The translations under genes and the position numbers were made by a program. This document shows positions 1 through 11,651 of a stretch of DNA of 64,000 nt, piece by piece. The stretch spans positions 7,006,001-7,070,000 of the forward strand of contig NC_087437.1 of the NCBI RefSeq assembly GCF_036321535.1, read 5' to 3'. Numbering within the stretch: the first letter of the stretch is position 1; each line of letters opens with the position of its first letter. The notes under the pieces were generated by a model, which was not told the DNA's origin, ran no database searches, and saw only the letters and a list, made by a program, of their open reading frames with translations. This stretch comes from Camelus dromedarius (Eukaryota).

Positions 1-1389
1 AACCTTTTCTAACAATGTGAGAAAAACAGAGTAAATATATTAAATTTGTTTCACAACAGATGCTTAGGTTGTTAATATTTAAGATGCCTATTCATGCTAT
101 TCCTGTCTGCACATTTGTCAAAAATGTAAGCCTGAATGCTAATGTTTGTCAGCAGACCGGAGGAGCCAGTATAAGAATGTACTACTGTTCTACTAAAATA
201 ATATGCAATAGAAATAAAGGACGGCTGCTAAACCCTAGCATTAGTACCACACAGCAGATTAAAGGTTTTTCAGAGCAAACACCTCAACCTTGGTTTATTC
301 CAGTCTTGAGGTACTTCCCCCCCCCCCCAGCTACGTTTGACTACAGAGTAAATCTTAATTCCTGACATCTCAGAAAAATCCACTTTAAGATTGGGTGTAA
401 ATTTCAATAAAGTTTCAACTGGATGAGTTACTCGGTCAGCAGCACGAACACTGTAGATTTCAGGGACGGATTAGGTCAAATCCTGACACCTAGCAGTCGC
501 GTTTTACTCTTTCTTACCCCCTCTTCTGTCCTCTTGGGAAAGTCCGGTCCCCTGGTTTCCCAGGATGCAAGCATGGAACCCCAGTCAGTCGGGGCAGAAA
601 GGTTCTCTCCTGAGAATCGGACGTGCTTCTGTTTTCTCTACCTCTTTACAACCGTGTGGAGTCCAAGTCTTAACTGCATTTGCCTGGGAATCTGGAATGC
701 TGCTGAGAAAGTTCGCCGAGGAAGGGCGCAGAGGTCAAAGTTGCCAACCAGGGCACTTTGAGAGGCAATCCTGTGGTTGACACTTTTAAGTGAAATTTGC
801 AAAGCCCTAACGGAGGTCAGGGCCAAAATCCCCAGCAAGGACCCTAAATAAGCCCCTCTCCGTCTTCTGGGGTCATCCCCAGAGTCCAGCTCAGCGGATT
901 TCCCCGGTACGCGCTTGTCACTCCCCAGACCTGCCACCTGCCTGTTTCGTCCCTCTCGTCATGATTGTCTAAACCTACGCTCCGCCGCCCCGGGAGTCTC
1001 GGTCGGGGAGCGCTCAAAGAAGGCCGCCACGCTCGGGTCGGGACCGCAGGAGCGAGACACGGTGCGGACCCTGAGGCCGCACCTGTGATGTCTCTGTCCC
1101 CGCAAAGAGGGCAGCACCTCTTCCTGCCTCCAGCCCAACTCCAAACCCACATTCACTCCAGGAGCCGCTACAGGACCGACCTCCCTACAACCGGCGAGGG
1201 CTCGAACCGCGGAGTGCCGCGGCTTTCAAACTCCCGGCTCCAACTTGAGCGCCCTGGCGCCCGAGCGGCTCCCGGGATGGAGAAGTTGCCACAAACTTCC
1301 CAGGCCCCTCTCTGCCGCCGCTCCAACCAGCCGCGGCGGCGGGGGGCGGAGGGAGGCGCAGATGGACCGAGGAAAGATGCTGAGCTTAC

Positions 1390-1560
1390 TTGCGATCCGG
1401 CGGGGGAACGTTTCCACTCCCCAGCCTACTCCGCCGGGCACCTTTCTGCTCCGGGGCGCACAGAGAGGGTCTCCCTTTTCCCCTGTGCCTCCTTCCGTCT
1501 TTTCGACTCCCCCTTTCTCTTCCAAAAGGGGTCAGACTGAAGACCTGGAGGAGTTTGTTC
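1390..1560 (-). other. Possible additional minus-strand alternative first exon
   Basis: Donor CAA|GTAAGC on the minus strand (intron starts 1389) inside the CpG island; the 5' end is a guess. Confidence 0.25.
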
Positions 1561-1881
1561 AGCCGGGGTCTGTCGGGCAGGTGTGTGAGCGGGTCCACAC
1601 CCCGAGAGAGAACGAATGGCATCTTCAAGTCCCCCGTCCCGGGGTGCTCTCCCTCACTCTACCCGCCATCCCTCCGGATCCGGCTGCGCGAGAGGGCAGG
1701 GGTTCGCAAGACCCCTGACGCCGGGCGCCCACGAGAGGGGAGCCGAGCCGCCCCAACAAGGGGCACCGTGGGTGGGTGCGACAGTGAAGTTTGGATAGAT
1801 TTCGGGAAAAAAAAGAGAGACAGAGATGAAAGAGCAAGAGTGGGGGGCAAAATAAAAGAGAGGCAAAGGAGCAGAACTCAC

Positions 1882-2063
1882 TCAGGCATGGGCGCTGGGG
1901 GCGGCGGTGGCTGTGGAGCGCGGCCCGAGACCGGGCGCGGCTCCCCGGGAGGGCGCGCCGGCGTCGGACTTCCGAGGCGGCGGCTTCTGCCTCTGGTGCC
2001 GCCGCCGCCGCCGCCGGAGCTGCGGCTGCCGCGGAAGTTAATTGCAACTTGACTTCAAGTTGT
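1882..2063 (-). other. SATB1: Non-coding alternative first exon (5'UTR) of SATB1; the gene continues leftwards out of the window
   Basis: Minus strand reads GACAACTTGAAGTCAAGTTGCAATTAACTTCCGCGGCAGCC...CTCGGAAGTCCGACGCCGGCGCG...CAGCCACCGCCGCCCCCAGCGCCCATGCCTGA, then donor GTGAGT (1881-1876). It resembles my recollection of a human SATB1 leader exon (not verified by search). The 5' end is approximate. Confidence 0.65.
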
Positions 2064-2119
2064 CTTCTTTTCCCATCCGAAGTGGGCGTTTAAAGGGGAG
2101 AGCGAGGCGAGGAGCGAGC

Positions 2120-2708
2120 TAGCGAGCGCGCGGGGCCGAGGGAAGGAAGAGGGGGGGTGGAGGGAGGAGATGTTAACGGGGGGAGGGGGAGGGGGCGGCG
2201 GCGGGGGCGGGAGGGGGAAGGGGCCGGCGGGAGCCGCTCTCGGCTCTGCGGTCGCCGCGCCCGCAGTCCGGAGGCGCACCGGGGCAGCCGGGGTGCCCCC
2301 CGCGGGACCCCGCGGCCACCCGGGCGCGCATCCAGCCGCGGCTCCCCGGCCGGGCACGCTGCGCCCGGGGGTTCGGCGGACCCCGCGCCGCTGCCGCCGT
2401 GGAGCGTGTGCGGCGCGGGCGGGCCGGCTGGGCGGCGAGGGCCCGGCCCGCCTCCCCAGCGCCCGCCCCGGCTTCTCCCCCTGGCGGTGGAGCCTCGGCG
2501 ACCGCCGGCCACACCGGGCGCTCCGGAGCCCGAGCCGAGCCGAGCCCGAGCCGCCGCCGCCGCCGCCGCCGCCGCCACCGCGCGCCGCTCCCTGGCTCCC
2601 TCCCGGCGCGCCGGCCTGGGTGTGGGGGGCGGCGGGCCGGAGGGGCGCGGGCGGGCAAGAGGCGCGCGCTGCGATCGGCCCCAGAGACCCCGACCCCCAG
2701 CGGCAAGG
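2120..2708 (+). ncRNA. First exon of a divergent plus-strand lncRNA (SATB1-AS1-like); start approximate
   Basis: Strong donor AAGG|GTAAGT at 2708/2709 within the CpG island and a second donor CAG|GTGAGA at 2929/2930; no recognisable coding exons downstream for 60 kb. Confidence 0.5.
2551..2577 (+). repeat. (GCC)n trinucleotide repeat
   Basis: ccgccgccgccgccgccgccgccgcca; a shorter run lies at ~1998-2015. Confidence 0.9.
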
Positions 2709-3638
2709 GTAAGTGTGGGCGCCCGGGGGGGTGCGTGTGGCGGTGAGCGGCGCGGTTCTAGACGCCCGCCAACCCTGCCCCCTCACCTCTCCGGGGCCCC
2801 CAGCGCGCGCACCCCTCCTCCTGCCGCCTGCGGCTTCCTCTTGTTGTTCGTTGTTTGGCTGGGCTTTTGGGGGGTGGGGTGGGGGGAAAAGGGGTGATTG
2901 TAGCGTGTGCCAGCGGAGGAGGAAGTCAGGTGAGAGGCCTCGACGCACCCCCCCCCCAAGCCAGCCTGTGTGGGGTGGATCGCTCCCCACTAGGGGCATG
3001 TGGGCCAGTTTTTTTTTTTCTGTTGTCAGTGTTCGGTCGAGATGATCTTTCCTAGAGGGCCTCCTTCCCTTACAGCCTGCTCTGTCCATCTCCCGTCACC
3101 CCACTCTAGCCCCTCTCAGCACTCCATCCGGGGGCGTTGCGCCCCAACTGCGGAGCACATGGCGGGAGGAGGAGGAGGGGGCCCTCTCGGAGACCCCAGC
3201 GCCGCGCCCCTGCTCGTTTGTTCAATATCCTCCCGTCGGTCGCTTTACATCTTTTTCACCCACTGGAAAAAGACGCCCAAACTGAGGTCCAATTTCTCCA
3301 AAAAACTGGAAGCGGAAAGGACCAGGGGAGATGATTTAATGACGGGAGACTCGGAGAGAAGAAGGGGAGAGGGAACCTTTCCAAAAGGGGACGGAAACTC
3401 CAAACATCTCTGCAAGATCTGGGCAACTCCAGGTTCAGGATAAGGAGAAACTGGAACTCGGTCAACTTAGCCCTCTTTTCCTGCCGTTCCTCCCCCCACC
3501 CCCCCCAGCTCTAAAGGAGCTAACAGGTCTTTTGTGTTGTGTTGTCTGTGGGAAATTCGCATTGAGTATGACAACAGAAAATTACTACTGTTTACTCAAA
3601 GTTAAGGGAATTGCAGAAAGGAAAAAAGAAAGTCCTTA

Positions 3639-3643
<5 letters not shown>

Positions 3644-3677
<34 letters not shown>

Positions 3678-3733
3678 TGTGTCTGTGTCTGTGTCTGTGT
3701 CTGTGTCTGTGTGTCTGTGTCTGTGTCTGTGTG
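3644..3733. repeat. Compound microsatellite (TG)n(TCTGTG)n
   Basis: Directly visible. Confidence 0.95.
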
Positions 3734-5842
3734 TTTAGTTGTTAAGTTCATGGCTTGAACTGCCAAACATCAGTTCGTAACAGTAAGTACTGTAGAGGCG
3801 CCTCTGTGTATTTTTAGAAGCTGCACTTTCTTGAGTTCCGTTCACACAAGGCTTGCTCTCTTATTAAATCCCCATAAATAATTGTATTTAGAGAGAAGGA
3901 AACTATGGAAGCAGGAGGGAGATTGCTAAGATCTCTATCCCGCCAGCACAGAGCACTGTTTGCAGTGAAGTTCCTGGAAAGTGACTCTGGGCTGAGAATT
4001 CAGTTTTTCCTCAAAGCCCTGTTAGGTCCTCTTCTGTCAGATGCTTATGAATAAAGCACGCTGGGAAAATCCTGATATCCGTGCCGTCTTATTTTATCTT
4101 TTACACAGTGGTTGATTCTACTTTCAGGTCCTTGTAACAGCACATCAACTGTGCTGTATTTCTAAATTGAGGAGCGCCTGTATTCACTCTGCCTTCTTTA
4201 ATGCTCGTTCTTTTCTATCAATGGGTATCGAATTCATTGGAATTTATCCGTCTTTTTCAGTTGATTGTCATTTTACGCAGAGATAACTCCAAAGACATAA
4301 GAATATAGAAAGTTTATGAATTAACATTCTTTTAGAGAACTAGCCCCTCATTTTTTAAGACATAGGTGCCCACCTCAACTCCTGATTCTGAAGCCAAGCA
4401 AAAAAAAAAAAAAAAAAAAGGTACGAACAATGGCAATAGGCAAAACAAAATAAAACACAGGTTTTCCTTCCTGGACCGCTTTCCATCTCCACAGGATCCA
4501 AGAGACACCAAATCCTCCTGCCTTAATTTACCAAAATGCTGAGTTGCCTGACTAGTACCAAGATCTCCATCTGGGAATGACATCAGGTTTGGAATGGAAA
4601 GAATAAATTCTCAGTCTTTAATTACTGCTTATTAGCAATTTCTTGTAGCAGGCAGCTGATTCTCCAATTCTGAAAGCCTGAAATGAAGCTTAACAGAAAT
4701 GGAAATTAAAAAAAAAAAAGATTGTTTTTCTTCAACCTTATACACTCTGACTTATCTGCCCCACCTCAGGTTATCAACTAAGCACCCAGAATTTAAAGTG
4801 TGATGTGCCCCTCTGATTTAACCAAGGGAACATTTTGCCCCAACCTTGTGAATTTGTCCCCCCGACAAGTAGTCTTGTACAGAGAGCTGGTAGGTCCTAT
4901 TATAATATAAAATTAGGTAACGATAGGTACAGTGCATGAAGTAACATATCTTGATAAACCTTTATGTAAACCTTGCCCCCTGGCGCATAGTAGGAATACA
5001 TTAACTACTTACTGGATTAAGAAGTTAATGAAATATTGTAATTGGCCACAAATTCAATAGTACAGGACTTTCAGAAGGAAAAAAAAAAAGAATTTTGCCT
5101 GAAAGTTATTAAGGTAATACAATTGTGCTCTTAGATTTTTTAAACAAGTCCAAACCTAATGTAAATGGTTGAAAGACAAGTAAATCTGAAACATATCAAT
5201 TGGTCAATAATAATAGCTAGTGGCAAAAGCTGATTATTTTCCCAAGAGAACAGAAAATAAAATATTGCCTACTAAGTAGCATGATAAAGAAGCAAAGGAG
5301 GAATAAAAGAGGACTGGCCTGCAAGGAACTTATTTGCCAGGAAAATGGCATTAAAACATGAAAAGATTAAAAAAATCAAAGGAGCTCTAAAAAAACGTGA
5401 AAAGACAACTCAGTGGATCAGTAAATGATTTGAATTGAAGGCATCTTTTAAAAAGATCTCTCTCTCTTTTTTTTTTTTTTTTTTACTTGTTTAGACCAGA
5501 GGAAATAGACATCCTGCAGTTCCAGGTTGGGAGGTATTTTTAAAGTTAATTTGTTGAGTTAGAACTTTAGGGGCCATCAATACAAACATCTTGAGGGAAA
5601 AGGGGAACTCGCCGCTCACCTCCCTAAAGGCAATGATTTTATCTGCAGAGTACTTACTGCAGAGTAGAGTTCAGTGTATGAGTAATACAAATTAGTAATG
5701 TGAATGAGTAATACAATAAGTAGTTCATTCCACCTTTGTTCACTTTATTACATTTTTCTTACATTGCAAAGAATCAGTCTCCCTAAAACTTCCAGCCGTC
5801 AGTCTTAGTTCTGCCACTTGCAGCAAAACAGAGCAAATCTGT

Positions 5843-6200
5843 TGTATTAGTCAGGATAGGCTGTGTTATGCTGGAGTAACAAACAGTTCCGATTTTTAGT
5901 GACCTGTAGTGGCCAAAGTTGTCTTCTTTGTTCTGCTATGAGTCCACTGCAGGTCAGCTGGTCTGCTCCATGTCTTCTCCCCTCAGGCTAATGGAACAGT
6001 TCCCGTCTTGAGTTTCATGTTGCTCTGGGGAAAATAAAGTGCATTCTGGAAGGTCTCAGGCTGGTATTTAAATACTGTGGCCAGAAGTGACACACATCAC
6101 TGAGTCTCACAACTTATCATCCAGGACTAATTACATGACTCCCTGTAACCATCACATCAGGGCCAAATAGAGCAGCCTACCTCATGCCCCAAAGTGGAGA
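5843..6200. mobile_element. MaLR LTR (MLT1-type), old
   Basis: Begins tgtattagtcaggataggct...gctggagtaacaaac, typical of MLT1 termini. Confidence 0.6.
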
Positions 6201-6644
6201 GCTGTGGTTCTCAGTTCTAAGGACTGCCCTACTCACAGTGACTCTTGTCCGCATGACAGCCTCCTGCTCAGTGACTCTTCCTGCCACTTCGTGGCCCAAA
6301 TGTCCCATTCTTCAGAATAAACAGTGCCAGAGGAACCCCCGGCTTACAGCGAGCTGACTTCTTTCACCATCTACTCTCCGAATGTGGACAGTCCACCCCT
6401 CCCCACCAAAATGCGGCACACTGTCAACTTTGAGTCACTCTTTATCTATTTACTAACATTACACACATTTTATTTTCTCAAGACTTGTTTTCCTGTACAG
6501 GGTACAGTGAACAGGAACTTTTAAGAACTGTTATCTGACGATGTCATGATCATTATCAAACTTTGAAATTTGGCCTTGAGTAGTTACTTCCCTTATTGTA
6601 AACATCAAAATCTTGTAACATAAATTTAAAAATTCTCTTGGAAG

Positions 6645-7560
6645 TATTCATTCATTCCTTGATCCATCTTTTTGTTCATTCAGGAAACAGTCATTGTGAA
6701 CCTACTGGGTGCCAGGCGCCTATTAAGGATTGGGGATAGGGACTTATAAAGAGTTCTCCTTTTCAAGAAACACATTTCCAATTGGATGACAGAAAAAAAA
6801 AGAAGTTATTGCAATGCTAACAGAGGCACAGAATGCTATACGAACACTTGAGAAGAAGCAAGTTAACTCTCTGGCAGGATTTAGGGAAGTTCCATAGAGG
6901 AATTGAACCAAGTCTTGAGGATAAATGAGATTCCTCTAGGTAGAAAAGGAAGGTGGAGGGAGGATATTTCAAGCAGAGACACCAGGATGAGGAAGAACCC
7001 TGAGGATGACAAAGCATGTCCTTTAGGGAACTTCAAGGAATTCACTGTGGCTGGAACATGGGGTCTTTGCGAAAGATGAAACCAGATAGCTTCAAATTGC
7101 GAAAGACCTTGCAGACATAATCTGTAGAGTTTAGACCTTATCCCATCCATCAAGGATTGCGAACTCTTATGTCTACCTTGGTCCAAGCCTGAATATAAAT
7201 GAACAGAGCAGACTGAGTTGAGACCAGAGGCAGTGGTAGGGACCGTGGCAATCAGAATAGATTCTCTGAATGGGATGGTTGTTGCCACATGGTGCCAAAT
7301 GTCGGATCTTCCGACATTCAGAAAGAAGCTACTGATTCAGATTTGTATAAAACATTTGGGATATTAAATGTTGAAAACTTCTCCACCTTTTAAAATACAA
7401 GTGTGGGGGGAAAACATGTCTGCCAGGCAAAATCAGCTTAAGGACCACAAGTCACATGTCTCCTACTGCATGAGATGGAGCGTCATTGACACGTATAAGG
7501 ATGAGGGTGGCACCATCCAGATGTCTTTAGAAAGATCGCTCTGGTGGCAGATGGAGGAAA
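6645..7560 (-). mobile_element. L2 LINE fragments
   Basis: attcattcattc...cctactgggtgccaggc L2 3' end followed by the typical purine-rich antisense L2 body. Confidence 0.6.
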
Positions 7561-8554
7561 AGCCAGAGCCTGGGAAGCGCCAGCTGATTCTCTATAACCA
7601 TTTGAGCCATGATGCAAAGCCCTTTACGACCCTGCCTGTTTTAGAGCACATGACTTTCCACTTAAGGAGTTCCTAGTCAACATCTGCAGAGCTAGTGAAT
7701 GAAAGAGAAGAAAGCGAAAGTTTTCAAAGGAGGGCATATATTTTGAGTTTGTTATAAGCTTCCTAGACTTAGACTGTTTATTTTTCAAGGGTGTGATGAT
7801 CTCATATTGATCATATGTAACGTTTCTGAATCACAGTATGATAAATATGATTGGTTTTTTTTTTTTAAATGCGTAAATCGTTCAGTGCAGGGCACAAAGA
7901 TCAGCCCGCATCAGAGTATCTATTGTCTAGGACTAAACTTAACTAATCCTCCCGTCTTATTCAGGAATGTCAGCTAAACAGATAGATCTTGTACCAGGTC
8001 CTAAAACTGTACACTCAGGCTCTGTGAAACTAGAGACCCGTTTGTATAGTTTACGTATGTTTCTTTATCATCATCCATCAGAGGATATTATAACTCAGGC
8101 TGTCCTGTACCATGTGCCCAAAACTGTCTTGATGATGTTTAATTTTTCAATTACAAAAAAAAAAATTGAGTCCACTAAACACATTTTTCCCAGCTCCTTT
8201 CCTGTGTTGAAGTCATACTCACCTGCCACTCCACAGTCTGCGAGAACCCCCCCCGCCAACTCTCCCGTAACTCCCATAAATGTTAGTTACCCTTGCAGCA
8301 GGTGTGTCACTGGTTTCCCGTAGCTTCTGTTCCCCGGGGCACGTCCAGGTTCTCAAAGCCACTCAGCTCACTGGACAAGCAAGTCTTTAAATTCTCAACA
8401 ACTTGCTCTATAAATTGTAATGTTTTTATGCAACTCCCTTTTATACAGTAAAATTCACCCGTTTTATGTGTTCCAGGCGTTAGGAATACAAAGGAGCAGC
8501 GTGAGCGAATCACAGTATTTTGAGTGAACTTGAGAGTAAATGGATATGTAAATA

Positions 8555-8745
8555 GGCAAAGCAGCCTTGGGGTCTGACTGTCTGGATTCTAATCCTGGTT
8601 CAACTACCTGCGTGACCTTGAGCAGCTCCCCTAGTTCCTGCCTCAACTTCCTCATCCTTATGATGAGAATAATAATTGTACCCACCTCCTCTAGTTAGGT
8701 AAATGCACAGTGTTTCAACACAGTTAGCACTCAATTAAGACTAAC
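8555..8745 (+). mobile_element. MIR SINE
   Basis: MIR core: gtgaccttgagc...cctcaacttcctcatc...atgagaataataa. Confidence 0.75.
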
Positions 8746-9869
8746 CATTGCTTCTTTTGTTAATGTTGTTGTCGTCATGATTATACTAGAAGAAAAGAAA
8801 TCCTGGGATTAAACAAGAATCGAAAATGAATTGACTGGAATGTAGTGGGCTAGAAGCAAGTCCCTCCAGGGTGTCCTACTGGTGTGCCCGGGGTACACAA
8901 AGCAGGGAGAGTAATTATGGCCTCTATTTCTGGAATATTTATTTTTTACTGAAAGATTCTGGAAGAAGTGACTTTTCTATTAAAAGAATTGTACATATAC
9001 TGGAATTGAATGCAACGTTTTGCATGAATTTTTAACAAAAACAAGAGTCTTCAAAGACCTCCAGACTATTTGAGACTTGAGCGGCCGGGTGGGGGTGGGG
9101 CGTGACAACTGCATGGGGGCTGCATTTGCCCCTTTCTGCTGCTTCCTCTCCTCCATCACTTCGGTGGAACTGTTTGCAAATTCCAGACCTTACGCACTCA
9201 TAACATTTACCTAAGATGGTTAAAGTACCTCCTGTTTTTATATGCTATGAATGCTGCCCAAGGTAAAATCTTGGCCATTAGGAAATGTTCACATTTTAGA
9301 TGAAAAATATGTTGCATTAGGGAAGAAACGTATTAGAGCATACTTTTGGGAAGATCAAGTCACCAGGAAGAAAACTGAGTGGAACGGAATCATAGTTCTG
9401 ATTCTATAACTATCAGCTAGTTTGGTGATGTCCAAGAGGGCAAGAAACTTTGCTCTCACCCAGAGTTCCCACGTACCTAGAATAAATACATGTTGTCGAG
9501 TGATCTTGGGAAAGACACCTGGTCCTTATTAGTCTCAGTTTCCTAAGCTGTAAAATGGGATCAGTAGATCTCAAACTTTAGTGTGTTTGGGAATTAAATA
9601 GAATGCTTATTTGAAATGCAGATTCCTTGACTTCATATCTGTAAATCCAGATTCAGGAGAAACAACCTGGGATCCAGCAATCCACAGGGATTTGAGAAAC
9701 TTGGGCTGTAAGTCCAACTCAGAAAAGAAGGCTTGGTTTCATAGTTTCTTCTCTCCTACACATACATACTCACACGTACACACATTATTTGGAAATTACA
9801 GTCTAAGGGCTGCTTTAGGCATAATTAGATCTAGCTGCTCAAATAAGGTATCACCAACTATCTCTTGTT

Positions 9870-10240
9870 TCTGTTTTCTTCTTTTTTCACTTCGTTCTCA
9901 GCCTAGTTGTTCCTTTACTAGAGTGAGCTAGTCCCTCCAAGCTTCAGATCTGCTGACACAGAAACCCCAGCACAAACAGCTCCCCTTCTCAAAGTCTCCA
10001 GCTGAAGAATTCCAGCTGGCTGTGGCTGGCCCAGACTGCCTCTTGTACCCGTCCCTGCATTCATCACCCTGGTCAAGGGCTGTGGCTCTTTAACTCACCA
10101 GCCTTGGGTCAAATGCCCACCTTGGACTTGCGAGTGTAGCCATCCGACCCAAATCAGGTAGTCTGGGAGGTATGGTTCTCCAAACGAAATTGGGAATAAT
10201 TTTTCCCGAAATAGGGGAAATGGATGCTTATCTGCCCAGA
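9870..10240. mobile_element. MaLR LTR (MLT1-type) remnant
   Basis: Degenerate MLT1-like motifs (ggtcaaatgcccacc...aggggaaatggatgct). Confidence 0.45.
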
Positions 10241-11119
10241 CTGCAGATTTCCATCCACTTCTGTGCATTTTTTAGAATTACTTAGATGAGAATGAGCCAA
10301 CTGCTGTGTTACAAAAGGATAACCAGTGTGCCGAGATACCCAGGCCTTCAGCCTTCCGGGTGACCCAACAGGACCTGGGAAAGGCTTAGGGTGGTCAGAG
10401 CTCCTGAGCCAGTTGCCTCATCCATTTACCCCACTGTTTTGGAGGAATATTAAGCATTTTCCATGGGTTCCATGAAGGTGATGTATATACAGGTCATCTG
10501 TGACTTGCACATTGAGAATCAATGGATTTTGAGGATCGTTCACCCTATGGGGTCATCTCAAACCCAATGATATTATTATTCCAGGATCTTCATAAGATGA
10601 CTTGGAAGTTGGTTTATGCAATTGGAAGGACAATAAAAGCTCCAATTATGGTGCAAAGAAGTGGGACAAACAAATAAGCAGGACCAGCAGCTGAATCCTA
10701 CTTTAACTTTGTTTTCAGTTTTGTTTTATTTAATATTTTGGGGCATTTATGGTCTATCCTATCTAATGAATACAAGTCCTAGTCTAGACCTCAGTTAATG
10801 TTTGGAACATAAACAGATGTGCATTATACAGACAGTGTAAAGGGGTAAACTGGTAACAGCACAGAACACAAAACTGAGTTAACTGTTGGTCATCAGATAT
10901 GTTTTAAGTGCATTACATGCAATTTCATGGAAAAAGTGAATTCTGATGAATGGCCTGCCAACCCATTCTTTTGTTAAGTGAAGAAGCCACTATTGCTTTT
11001 TTAAACTCATTAATAAGATTAGTAAAATAAAGACATCTACCTCCTTAGTTTAGTATTAAGTCGGTAGTTTAGTTTCAGGTGGCCTCTCATGCTCTCCCTC
11101 CCCATTTTCAATCTCCTCC

Positions 11120-11415
11120 AAATCAACCCAATATGCCAAAGAAAATATTTTCAAATGATGCTAGAATGACTAGACATCCACCTAGAAAACAAACAAAAAT
11201 CCCTGATCCCTACCTCATACCATACACAAAAATTCATTGGCAATGGATTATAGATGTAACTGTAGAAGTTAAAACCATAGATTTTAGAGCTTTATGTTTT
11301 CAAACCTAACATAACTTGGAGATAGACAAAGATTTCTTAGATAAGCCGAAATAGCAATAATCATAAAAGAAAAGAATAGATAAAATACATGTTAAAATTA
11401 AAGACGTCTCATCTA
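11120..11415 (+). mobile_element. Ancient L1M ORF2 fragment
   Basis: Translates to IPDPYLIPYTKIHWQWIIDVTVEVKTI, similar to L1 ORF2 LDPYLTPYTKINSKWI. Confidence 0.8.
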
Positions 11416-11458
11416 AAGGAAAGCAGAGGGAGGAGTTAAAGCCTGGGAATCCATGATT

Positions 11459-11651
11459 TTTTTTAAATTTAATTTTGTTTTTAATTGGAAAGTAGTTGAT
11501 TTACAATGTGTTAGTTTCAGGTGTACAGCATAGTGGTTCAGTTAAACATATTACATATTCTTTTTCATTATAGATTATTACAGGCTATTGACTAATTCCT
11601 TTTGCTACACAGTGAGACTTTGTTGTTTATCTCTTCTGTATATAGTAGTTT
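11459..11651 (-). mobile_element. Young 5'-truncated L1 3' end with TSD
   Basis: Poly-T + gtagttgatttacaatg...; flanked by ggaatccatgatt / ggattccatgatt. Confidence 0.85.

Larger units (their letters stand above)
900..3245. promoter_or_regulatory. CpG island / bidirectional promoter (putative distal SATB1 promoter shared with a divergent lncRNA)
   Basis: Very high GC and CpG density against an AT-rich flank, GC boxes, ETS motifs (ACTTCCG 1968-1974, CGGAAGT 2032-2038), GCC repeats, and splice donors pointing outward on both strands. Confidence 0.9.

Noticed and set aside
1887..1889. ATG as the start of a protein beginning MPE/MPD
   Set aside because: Weak Kozak context (CCCATGC), and the recalled SATB1 structure places the main ATG in the next exon; treated as a uORF
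844..3443. Many long overlapping ORFs (up to 344 aa) on both strands
   Set aside because: Low-complexity Gly/Pro/Arg/Ala translations in all frames, as expected from stop-poor CpG-island DNA; no recognisable domain
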